From Candidatus Kapaibacterium sp. (GTDB taxonomy: Bacteria > Bacteroidota > Ignavibacteria > Kapaibacteriales > WFXC01): a stretch of 61,014 bases of DNA. The stretch lies in the NCBI GenBank assembly GCA_027082775.1, contig JALWUI010000112.1, positions 1 to 61,014 on the forward strand. Reading direction: 5' to 3'. The translations under genes and the position numbers were made by a program. Position 1 is the stretch's first letter. The number at the start of each line of letters is the position of its first letter. Below are positions 32,711 through 40,618 of this stretch, one piece after another. The notes below the pieces were generated by a model. That model had not been told where the DNA came from and searched no databases. It saw only the letters and a list, made by a program, of their open reading frames with translations.

Positions 32711-34159
32711 ATGACAAGCAGGATGGCTTCCTTAGACCAGATTGTGGCTTTAGCAAAGCGGCGAGGGTTTGTTTTTCAGTCCTCTGAAGTATATGGTGGC
32801 TTAAATGGGTGCTGGGATTTTGGTCCTATGGGTGTGCTGATGCTGAACAATCTGAAAAATGCGTGGTGGGAGGCGATGGTCTCCCGCGAAGACATCGAGG
32901 GATTAGATGCCGCCATTCTGATGCATCCTCGTGTCTGGGAAGCCAGCGGACATGTGGCTCACTTTTCAGACCCAATGATCGACAATCGACAAAGCAAAAT
33001 GCGGTATCGTGCGGATACGCTGATCGAAGAATACATCGAACGCCTTCGAAAAAAAGGAAAAACCGATCAAGCAGAACGCATTGAGCAACAACTGGCGCAA
33101 GCAGAAACTCCCGAAGATTACTATGCCATCATTGTTCAGGAACAGATCCCGGATCCTGTTAGCGGTAGTACCGACTGGACGCCGGTCCGCCACTTCAACC
33201 TGATGTTCAAAACTTACATCGGTCCGGTGGAAGACGATAGCAGCATCGTATACCTTCGTCCCGAAACAGCCCAGGGAATTTATGTGAACTTCAAAAACGT
33301 GCTGGACACAACGAGACAAAAAATTCCTTTTGGAATTGCTCAAATCGGGAAAGCCTTTCGCAACGAAATCAACACCAAGCATTTCCTCTACCGGGTTCGA
33401 GAGTTCGAGCAGATGGAAATGCAATACTTCGTAAAGCCCGGTACTGAGATGGAATGGTTTGAATACTGGAAGGAACAGCGATACCAGTGGTTTTTGTCCC
33501 TGGGAATGCCGGAATCGCTTCTCCGCATTACGCCCCATCAGAAATTAGCCCATTATGCCGCAGCAGCCGTGGACATTGAATTCCACTTCCCTTTTGGCTG
33601 GGGTGAAATTGAAGGGATCCACTCCCGAACCGATTATGACCTGCGCAGGCATCAGGAATATTCTGGCAAAAAATTTGAATACGTCGATACAGTGACCAGA
33701 GAACGGTACATTCCTTACGTGGTCGAAACTTCCGCCGGGGCTACTCGCTCTTTTATGGCATTCCTCTGCGCCGCTTACGACGAAGACGAAGTACCATCCA
33801 GCGAAGGGAAGCTGGAAAAGCGGGTCGTTCTTCGACTCCATCCGCGGTTAGCTCCAATCAAAGCTGCTGTATTTCCACTGGTCAAAAAAGAAGGAATGCC
33901 GGAAGTTGCCCAGTCTCTCTATCGGCAACTGAAGCGCCGGTTTAAAGTGTTCTATGACGAGAGCGGAGCGATCGGAAAGCGATACCGCCGACAGGATGAA
34001 ATTGGAACTCCGTTCTGCATTACGATCGACGGGCAAACGCTTGACGATCAGACCGTCACGATTCGGGATCGAGATACAACGCAGCAGGAACGCATCGCTC
34101 TGGATGCCGTCGAATCATTCCTTGCAGCAAAGCTGGAGCAAAACATCGTGACTCAATAG
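32711..34159 (+). CDS. glyQS: glycine--tRNA ligase (class II, alpha2 GlyQS type)
   Basis: 482 aa. The N-terminus ..IVALAKRRGFVFQSSEVYGGLNGCWDFGPMGV.LLNNLKNAWW.. is typical of dimeric GlyRS. Class II motifs present (YLRPETAQG, FRNEI.....L.RVREFEQME). An alternative start is Met5 at 32723. Confidence 0.95.
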   Translation: MTSRMASLDQIVALAKRRGFVFQSSEVYGGLNGCWDFGPMGVLMLNNLKNAWWEAMVSREDIEGLDAAILMHPRVWEASGHVAHFSDPMIDNRQSKMRYRADTLIEEYIERLRKKGKTDQAERIEQQLAQAETPEDYYAIIVQEQIPDPVSGSTDWTPVRHFNLMFKTYIGPVEDDSSIVYLRPETAQGIYVNFKNVLDTTRQKIPFGIAQIGKAFRNEINTKHFLYRVREFEQMEMQYFVKPGTEMEWFEYWKEQRYQWFLSLGMPESLLRITPHQKLAHYAAAAVDIEFHFPFGWGEIEGIHSRTDYDLRRHQEYSGKKFEYVDTVTRERYIPYVVETSAGATRSFMAFLCAAYDEDEVPSSEGKLEKRVVLRLHPRLAPIKAAVFPLVKKEGMPEVAQSLYRQLKRRFKVFYDESGAIGKRYRRQDEIGTPFCITIDGQTLDDQTVTIRDRDTTQQERIALDAVESFLAAKLEQNIVTQ

Positions 34160-34454
34160 TCTTTTCGGTTACTCGTTTTCTGTCCGCACAGACAGCAACA
34201 GCAAAGCAACTGATGCGGGTACAAACTATCAAACCATCCATAGCGCTGAGTGATAAAGGAACCATTCGCGGCGGCGCTTTCCTTTCCTGTCGGCTGCTGC
34301 TGGCAAAATTCCTGGCATATCTCTACCACACAACGGACCTTTCCTGAACGACAACCCGTTCTGCTGAATTCCGATCCTCGCTGGTTCTGCCCGTGAGGGT
34401 CTGTATTTTTTTCATCTGGACCTTGAACATTCTGTCTCACAAAGGGCTAAGAAA

Positions 34455-35816
34455 ATGAAAAAGAAAAAATTCCAAACAAAAAGTTCCTATCACTCACGTT
34501 TTGCGGTACCCGCCTCGAAGGTTTTACCAGAACTCCGCAAACACATTCTGGTCGATGGTTTTCCAATCGTGGTCGATCTCTATGCCAGTCGCCCGGATGC
34601 GATCGTAGACGCCCTCACTGGTGCGGAATACCTGGATTTCTTCACCTGTTTTGCTTCTATGCCGTTAGGTTTCAACCCACCGGAGCTTCTGGAGGATGAT
34701 TTCATCCGCTACATTGGTGAATTAGCCCTGAACAAACCGTCGAATTCGGACCTGTACACCGAAGCAATGGCAACCTTTGTCAAGACGCTGTTTCGCATTG
34801 CTGTTCGTAAGCCATTTCACTATGCCTTTTTTATCGAAGGTGGAGCCTTAGCGGTAGAAAATGCTCTCAAAACGGCATTTGACTGGAAGGTGCAGAAGAA
34901 TTTTCAGAAAGGGTATCGCACGGAAAAAGGGCATCGGGTGATCCATTTCCGGCGTGCCTTCCACGGACGTTCCGGATACACCTTATCGCTCACGAACACT
35001 GATCCTACAAAGACGAAATACTTTCCAAAATTCAAATGGCCCCGCATTCATAATCCTGCGGTGCGATTCCCTCTGACACCCGAAAATCTTGCACAGGTGG
35101 AGAAAGAAGAACAGCGAGCAATTGAACAGATCAAAAAAGCTTTTCACAAGTACAAAGATGACATCGCTGCTATCATCATTGAACCTATTCAGGGGGAAGG
35201 TGGGGACAATCATTTCCGCCCCGAATTCCTGCAGCAGCTCCGATCTCTGGCTGATGAAAACGAAGCATTGCTGATTTTTGACGAAGTTCAAACAGGCGTT
35301 GGCATCACCGGAACCTGGTGGGCATACCAGCAGTTGGGCGTTACCCCGGACATTTTAGTCTTTGGCAAAAAGATGCAGGTCTGCGGGATCTTAGCCACAC
35401 AGCGAATCGATGACATAGAAACCAATGTCTTCCACACTTCCAGTCGGATCAATTCCACGTGGGGCGGCAATCTGATCGATATGGTCCGAGCAACGCGATA
35501 CCTGGAAGTCATTGCCGAACAGAAATATGTTCAGAACGCCCGGAAAATGGGACGGTATCTCTTGAAGCAATTAGAGGCATTGCAACAGGAGTTTCCCCAT
35601 CTGATCAGCAATGTCCGGGGACGGGGCCTGTTCTGCGCTTTTGATCTGCCCTCAACGGAGCTACGTGATCAGTTCCGCCAGAAACTTTTCGACCATCACG
35701 TCCTGATGCTTCCGTGCGGCGAAATCTCTATGCGTTTCCGTCCTCCGCTCAACGTAACCAGAGACACTATAGATCAGGGCTTTGATCGCATCCGGAGCGT
35801 ATTGAAAACATTTTAA
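34455..35816 (+). CDS. lat: class-III aminotransferase, L-lysine 6-aminotransferase-like
   Basis: 453 aa. Motifs ..ILVDGFPIVVDL..S.....D..TG.EYLDFF..FAS.PLG.NP.., FHGRSGYTLSLTN, IIIEPIQGEGGDNHF, LIFDEVQTGVG.TG and FGKKMQV (PLP Lys). The pattern fits LAT-family sequences as I recall them. Confidence 0.7.
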   Translation: MKKKKFQTKSSYHSRFAVPASKVLPELRKHILVDGFPIVVDLYASRPDAIVDALTGAEYLDFFTCFASMPLGFNPPELLEDDFIRYIGELALNKPSNSDLYTEAMATFVKTLFRIAVRKPFHYAFFIEGGALAVENALKTAFDWKVQKNFQKGYRTEKGHRVIHFRRAFHGRSGYTLSLTNTDPTKTKYFPKFKWPRIHNPAVRFPLTPENLAQVEKEEQRAIEQIKKAFHKYKDDIAAIIIEPIQGEGGDNHFRPEFLQQLRSLADENEALLIFDEVQTGVGITGTWWAYQQLGVTPDILVFGKKMQVCGILATQRIDDIETNVFHTSSRINSTWGGNLIDMVRATRYLEVIAEQKYVQNARKMGRYLLKQLEALQQEFPHLISNVRGRGLFCAFDLPSTELRDQFRQKLFDHHVLMLPCGEISMRFRPPLNVTRDTIDQGFDRIRSVLKTF

Positions 35817-35837
35817 ATCGCTTCATTGCTCCACCTG

Positions 35838-35882
35838 GGGGCTTTCCTCTGCCTCTGCTCTGGCGGAGGGAGGCTCCTTTTT
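35838..35882 (+). terminator. probable Rho-independent terminator of the lat-like gene
   Basis: 16-bp stem (35838-35853 pairs with 35862-35877, including four G-U pairs), 8-nt loop, followed by TTTTT (35878-35882). Lies 22 nt past the stop. Confidence 0.5.
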
Positions 35883-36218
35883 CTCTCTCCTCAAAGCACA
35901 AGCTCCATAGCGTTTCCCCCTGAATATCCTATGAAGTATCCCGCTTCGGAGTGCGTACCAGAACCACTTTTCAAACACTTCCTTGCTTGAAGGTCAAGCA
36001 ACCACTGGAAATACGTACGGCTGCCAGGCGGGAGTGCTACCTGAGAGCGCCAACCTTAGCTGGCATTGTGGAGATATGATCCACCCGGAAGCACACGATC
36101 CCGGCAATACACGCTGAAACGTACACTCTCTAAGTACATCCAGAAGTACAGGCTCTCAGCATAAAGGGTCAGCAAGTCAACCTTCTTCCACGGGCAGCCA
36201 AGCAGATCCTCCCCTCTG

Positions 36219-37472
36219 CTACTGCCCCAATTTTCGCTTCACGACCACTACCGTACGGTCATCGGTATAGCGAGCACCGGCTGAAAACTGCTGGACTGCC
36301 TCCAGAATCCTGTATGCCATTTCACGGGCAGAAAGATGCGAATGCTGCTCCACCAGTTGCCGAATGCGGTGTTCCCCAAAAAAATTTCCCTGGGCATCCC
36401 GGGCTTCAGAGATCCCATCGGTGTACATCACCAGAAAATCGCCAGGATCCATATTGATATTCTCCACTTGAAACCGCTGCTTTGGCACCACTCCCAGAAC
36501 ACCACCGGTAACTTCCAGCAACTCTGTTCTCCGATGCTGTGCCCGGTAGTGAATCGGTTGCGTATGTCCAGCATTGACATACAAAACTAAACCCGTTTGG
36601 GAAGCTGTTAACTCGCAGTAAAACAATGTGACAAATCGTTCATCAGGGAACATCCGACAGAGCAGATCATTCAGCCGGGCAATCAAGGCACTCATTTTCG
36701 CATAAAATGCAACTCCCATCCGAAGCGCTCCAGCGACATAAAGAGCCTGGATTGCTGCCGGCAAACCCTTACTGGCTGCATCGCTGATGACAATACCAAT
36801 TCGATCTTCTGGATCTTCGGAAGGATGGAAATAGTCAAAATAATCACCGCCAACGACGCGATCAGGCACAGAGACGCCAAAGACTTCATAATCCGCAAAC
36901 GTTGCTTCGTGATCGGGAAGCAATTTCTTCTGAATTTCCCGTGCCTGCCGCAGGTCTTTCTCAATAATTTCCTGTTCCTGCTGTGCCTCCAGTTCCCGCA
37001 ACCGAACATTGGCAATGTTCCGAATGACATTGAGCAAAAAGTAAAATTCCTGATCAATTTTCGGCGCGTTAAACGCCAGAACATATTCAAAGAATTTTTC
37101 TTTGCCAATTCGGATCAATTTCCCAACGCCGGCGGCTGAATAGAGGTGAATACCGGAACGACGGAGAGTTTGATGGGTTTCCTTGCGAACCACAACTCGA
37201 TGCTGCACAATTTCTCGAAAGCTCCGGGAATGTGCCAGCGGCAGCGCATAATCTTCGGGGATTTTCTGAACATTGCCATATTGATACAGCAACACATACT
37301 GTTGATTGGGAGGATCTAATTTCCAGATACGTCCTCCGGTAATCTGCAAATCGGGATGATCAACTATCTGTCGCACTAAGAATCGGAGCAAATCTTCCGG
37401 CGATCGTACCGAGGTTGCAGTCAACTGATCCAGAAGGCGAAAAAGCTCGCGCTGTCGCATCGGCATTCTCAA
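36219..37472 (-). CDS. SpoIIE/RsbU-family PP2C serine phosphatase with N-terminal sensor (GAF-like) region
   Basis: 417 aa. C-terminal half has VGGDYFDYF, IVISDAASKGLPAA, MYTDGISEARD and TDDRTVVVVK, characteristic of PPM/SpoIIE phosphatases. Confidence 0.85.
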   Translation of the reverse strand: MRMPMRQRELFRLLDQLTATSVRSPEDLLRFLVRQIVDHPDLQITGGRIWKLDPPNQQYVLLYQYGNVQKIPEDYALPLAHSRSFREIVQHRVVVRKETHQTLRRSGIHLYSAAGVGKLIRIGKEKFFEYVLAFNAPKIDQEFYFLLNVIRNIANVRLRELEAQQEQEIIEKDLRQAREIQKKLLPDHEATFADYEVFGVSVPDRVVGGDYFDYFHPSEDPEDRIGIVISDAASKGLPAAIQALYVAGALRMGVAFYAKMSALIARLNDLLCRMFPDERFVTLFYCELTASQTGLVLYVNAGHTQPIHYRAQHRRTELLEVTGGVLGVVPKQRFQVENINMDPGDFLVMYTDGISEARDAQGNFFGEHRIRQLVEQHSHLSAREMAYRILEAVQQFSAGARYTDDRTVVVVKRKLGQ

Positions 37473-37547
37473 CGACCCTCTTTGTGCGGTAAAATAAAGG
37501 GAACTTCTAAGGCGTTTATTGAATGCCGTTATTTTGGCAACTTTTTG

Positions 37548-37555
37548 TAACTTTG
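37548..37555 (+). promoter_or_regulatory. candidate -7 box TAACTTTG upstream of tRNA-Ala
   Basis: TAnnTTTG match ending 14 nt before the tRNA 5' end. The -33 element is not convincing. Confidence 0.3.
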
Positions 37556-37569
37556 TATTTTCTCAATGT

Positions 37570-37642
37570 GGGCTCGTAGCTCAGTTGGGAGAGCGCCAGA
37601 ATCGCACTCTGGAGGTCGGGGGTTCGACTCCCCTCGAGTCCA
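37570..37642 (+). tRNA. tRNA-Ala (anticodon CGC)
   Basis: Acceptor GGGCTCG/CGAGTCC with the G3:U70 Ala identity pair, D arm GCTC-AGTTGGGA-GAGC, anticodon arm CCAGA-ATCGCAC-TCTGG, T arm GGGGG-TTCGACT-CCCCT, discriminator A. Confidence 0.93.
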
Positions 37643-37649
37643 CTTTCCA

Positions 37650-38786
37650 ATGCAACAATTTCGCCAGCGCTGGTGGCGGATCTTTTTTCCTCTTGGGCTG
37701 GCGTTCCTCCTGCAGTGTACAGACACCGCACTTCCACCCTCGGACCAGATCCCCCTGCAACTTGAAATTCGAACCTCTCTTCTGGGCGGAACCGAAGGTT
37801 TTCCCGATACCCTGTACGCTTTTGTCCTGCATAGCAACCGTCGGCTGGCAAACGTTCGGATCTACTGGGATTTTGGCGACGGGACATTTTCTATCCAGAG
37901 CCAACCCGATACCGTATACCACCAATTTACCGCGGAAGGTAGCTTCACGGTATGGGTCGGAGTCTATGACAATCGGAGCCAGAATCTTTTAGGCTCGGCA
38001 GCACGCGATGTAAACATCCGCCGCACACTACCGCAATTCTCAATGGTGCGAATTCCTGCCGGCAGCTTCTGGATGGGCTCAGACCTCCGATACGAAGAAC
38101 GCCCGGTTCACCGTGTTACCATTTCTCGCCCTTTCTGGATCACCACAACGGAAGTTACTCAGCAACAATGGCAACAACTGATGGGATACAACCCGTCGTG
38201 GTTCCAGGGTGACCATCGCCCGGTGGAACAGGTAAGCTGGTATGAAGTGATCGATTTCTGCAATCGCCTCAGCCTACGCGCCGGCTTAACGCCGTGCTAC
38301 CGCTTCAGTGGTGATACTATTCTGTGCGACTTTTCTGCCAATGGATATCGCCTCCCAACCGAAGCAGAATGGGAATATGCGTGCCGGGCTGGCACGACGG
38401 GAGATTTTGCCAATGGCTCGTTGGATAATCCCTATCTCCAATGCGAAGATATTCCCCTGGTAGACTCTATTGCGTGGTACTGCGGTAACGCCGATTTCCA
38501 GACCCATCCTGTTGGACAGAAAGCTCCGAATCCGTGGGGCTTGTATGATATGCACGGCAATGTTGCCGAATGGGTGTGGGATGTTGCTGATGCAACCTAC
38601 TATCAACGATCTCCGGACACAGATCCGACTGGACCGCTCTCGCTGAAAGATCTTCCACGTACTATTCGCGGTGGTTCCTGGTCCGATCCGATCCACTACT
38701 TACGTGCTCCTGCTCGTTTTTTTAAATTGCCCCCTTTTCGGAAAACATTCAGTGTTGGATTTCGCCTGGTTCGCAATGCAGAATAA
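37650..38786 (+). CDS. putative lipoprotein with PKD domain and formylglycine-generating-enzyme (SUMF1/FGE-sulfatase) domain
   Basis: The ORF-track start (37566) lies inside tRNA-Ala. ATG 37650 gives MQQFRQRWWRIFFPLGLAFLLQC (lipobox-like). PKD-like VRIYWDFGDGT...YHQF..EGSFTVWV. FGE domain MVRIPAGSFWMGS....E.P.H.V.I..PFWI...EVTQ.QW...MG.NPS.F......PVE.VSW.....FCN.LS, GYRLPTEAEWEYACRAGT, NPWGLYDMHGNVAEW, IRGGSW, GFRLVR. Confidence 0.85.
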   Translation: MQQFRQRWWRIFFPLGLAFLLQCTDTALPPSDQIPLQLEIRTSLLGGTEGFPDTLYAFVLHSNRRLANVRIYWDFGDGTFSIQSQPDTVYHQFTAEGSFTVWVGVYDNRSQNLLGSAARDVNIRRTLPQFSMVRIPAGSFWMGSDLRYEERPVHRVTISRPFWITTTEVTQQQWQQLMGYNPSWFQGDHRPVEQVSWYEVIDFCNRLSLRAGLTPCYRFSGDTILCDFSANGYRLPTEAEWEYACRAGTTGDFANGSLDNPYLQCEDIPLVDSIAWYCGNADFQTHPVGQKAPNPWGLYDMHGNVAEWVWDVADATYYQRSPDTDPTGPLSLKDLPRTIRGGSWSDPIHYLRAPARFFKLPPFRKTFSVGFRLVRNAE

Positions 38787-40128
38787 GATTTTGTACCTTT
38801 TTGGACTTCCCGGTATCCTGATCCTGGGACTGCTGCTTGCGCAGTGTGACCACCAAATGACGGCGCCATCTTCCCCATCATTTCAGGATTCCATTGCGCT
38901 CTACCGCCGAACGCTGCTTTCAGCCGAACAGTGCAAGGAATGCCACCCGAAACACTATCGAGAATGGCAAACGTCAATGCACGCTTATGCTTTCGTCGAT
39001 CCAGTCTTTTTTGCTCTGGACAGCATTGGTCGGCAACGATCTTCTGGATTGTTAGATCAATTTTGCATTCAATGCCATAGCCCACTTTTGCCACTTTTAG
39101 GCGAAAAAATGGCGGTGGGCGGGAAAGCAATGCTTCCGCCGATTGCTCACGAAGGAATTACGTGTGACGCCTGTCACAAAATGGTCATTGATGCAACACC
39201 ATCGCGAGGGGTTATCGCCCTTTATGCTGACTCTGTCTACCGAGGACCAATTCCCGATCCTGTCCCCAATGATTTTCACCAGTCTCGCTACGACGAACGC
39301 TACAATCAGAGCATCGTATGCAAATCGTGTCACGACTTCCATACTCCCGCAGGATTTTTTATCGAGCGGACATTCACTGAATGGCAGAACAGTGTGTATC
39401 CGGGACGGAACATCCAGTGTCAGACGTGCCATATGAAATCTTCGCCGGGAAAAGTTGCTGTCAGTGGTCCGGAACGGGAACGAGTGCATAGTCACATTAT
39501 GGAAGGCGTGGACATTCCCTTAGTAGATTTTCCTGGGCGGGATGAAATGATCCAGCGCGTATCCTACCTCCTTCAGTATGCGCTCAAAATGTCCGTATTT
39601 ACGCCGGAATCCATTCGCCGCGACACCGTGTTCCCTGTCCGCGTTGAACTGAGCAACACCATCACGGGACACAATATTCCAACAGGATCCATTTTTGAGC
39701 GCCAGATGTGGCTTGAATGTTTGCTCATCGATCAGGCAACAGGAGATACCCTCTTGCTTTCTGGAGATATGGATCCCAATGGCGACCTGCGTGATCAGCA
39801 CAGTGAGTACGTTCAGCAAGGACTTCTCCCACTCGATTCTCAATTGATTGTCTTCCGGGGAGTTCCGTTGCGGAATGGAAAAGAAATTCCCTTTTTCTGG
39901 GAAGCGGATGCGATCTATGACCGGACTATTCCGCCTTTTGAAACTCGTATGATCCACTTCCGCATTCCCATTGCATCCACCGTGCAAGGACCCTGCAAAC
40001 TCCGCATACGCCTCCTGTTCCGCAGCTTTCCTCCTTATCTCCTCCGAAAAATCGGGCTGGAATCACTGATCCCGAAACTGGTGACTTTTGAAATGGAGCG
40101 ATTTGAGACAACACTTCCTGTAGAGTGA
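38776..40128 (+). CDS. pentahaem c-type cytochrome, putative lipoprotein
   Basis: Start taken at ATG 38776 (MQNKILYLFGLPGILILGLLLAQC), overlapping the upstream stop by 11 nt. Five CxxCH motifs: CKECH, CIQCH, CDACH, CKSCH, CQTCH. Confidence 0.8.
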   Translation: MQNKILYLFGLPGILILGLLLAQCDHQMTAPSSPSFQDSIALYRRTLLSAEQCKECHPKHYREWQTSMHAYAFVDPVFFALDSIGRQRSSGLLDQFCIQCHSPLLPLLGEKMAVGGKAMLPPIAHEGITCDACHKMVIDATPSRGVIALYADSVYRGPIPDPVPNDFHQSRYDERYNQSIVCKSCHDFHTPAGFFIERTFTEWQNSVYPGRNIQCQTCHMKSSPGKVAVSGPERERVHSHIMEGVDIPLVDFPGRDEMIQRVSYLLQYALKMSVFTPESIRRDTVFPVRVELSNTITGHNIPTGSIFERQMWLECLLIDQATGDTLLLSGDMDPNGDLRDQHSEYVQQGLLPLDSQLIVFRGVPLRNGKEIPFFWEADAIYDRTIPPFETRMIHFRIPIASTVQGPCKLRIRLLFRSFPPYLLRKIGLESLIPKLVTFEMERFETTLPVE

Positions 40129-40162
40129 CTTCACTCTCATTTTTCATCACGAAGTGGCAATT

Positions 40163-40352
40163 GGGAGCGCACGCTCATAGGCGTGCCTGGGAACGCACCC
40201 TTTAGAGTGCATTCTCTGCCGGCTAAAGCCGGCGCTCCCAGCAAGAGCGCACACTTTAGGGTGCACTTTTTGCCGGCTGAAATCGGCACTCCCGGCTTAC
40301 TGGGGAGCGCACGCTTTAGCGTGCATTTTTGCCGACGAAAGTCGACGCTCCC
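40163..40352. repeat. tandem array (3 full units plus 1 partial) of the structured REP-like repeat
   Basis: The ~52-58-nt unit is GGGAGCGCAC-GC-TTTAG-C-GTGCATTTTTGCCGAC-GAAA-GTCGACGCTCCC: outer stem GGGAGCG/CGCTCCC enclosing two hairpins (GCAC..GTGC and GCCGRC-NAAA-GYCGGC). Units at about 40189-40239, 40240-40293 and 40302-40352, with a partial unit at 40163-40191. Confidence 0.85.
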
Positions 40353-40564
40353 AGTCGGCGAGCTCAAACGCGGCAATCAGCACGCCTGGCACGGTGTGCT
40401 CAGAAGTCAACGGCTGTTTTTTTATCTTCTGCCTTGCTACGCTGCAGTGGACAGCGAGCCCGTGGTGACTTTCCCATCTCTGCTCCTGCACCTTGCAGCG
40501 ATCACCCGTAGTTGAGTTCAACAAATTGCCCGATTTGACTCAACCTCTGCCTTCTGTCCCGACC

Positions 40565-40572
40565 TATTTTTG
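40565..40572 (+). promoter_or_regulatory. candidate -7 box TATTTTTG upstream of the tail-fibre-like gene
   Basis: The TAnnTTTG match would put a transcription start near 40579, which argues against the ATG at 40580 and for the ATG at 40619. Confidence 0.3.
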
Positions 40573-40618
40573 CAGTTGGATGAAAAAGGAAGTGGTGCAA
40601 ATCAAAGAGGGACTCACG

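Noticed and set aside
34160-34454. Possible lysine riboswitch or other leader upstream of the lysine aminotransferase-like gene, and the 95-aa minus-strand ORF 34153-34440.
   Set aside because: I could not find L-box-like conserved segments or a convincing terminator/antiterminator pair by eye. The ORF translation (..LLCCCCLCGQ..) looks non-coding. This stays unassigned and needs cmscan to be sure.
35883-36218. About 340 nt of non-coding DNA between the convergent lat-like and phosphatase genes, checked for RNase P, tmRNA, SRP or 6S RNA. It contains a perfect 8-bp hairpin TTGCTTGA-AGG-TCAAGCAA near 35990-36010.
   Set aside because: I found no RNase P GAGGAAAGUCC-type motif, no tmRNA tRNA-like end and no SRP domain-IV motif on either strand. 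A single hairpin is insufficient evidence for an RNA gene.
37516-37992. ORFs overlapping tRNA-Ala (37516-37887 -, 37519-37992 +, 37529-37837 -, 37581-37925 -) and the 5' extension of ORF 37566-38786.
   Set aside because: They run through a well-folding tRNA gene. The real CDS most plausibly starts at ATG 37650, where a signal or lipoprotein peptide begins.
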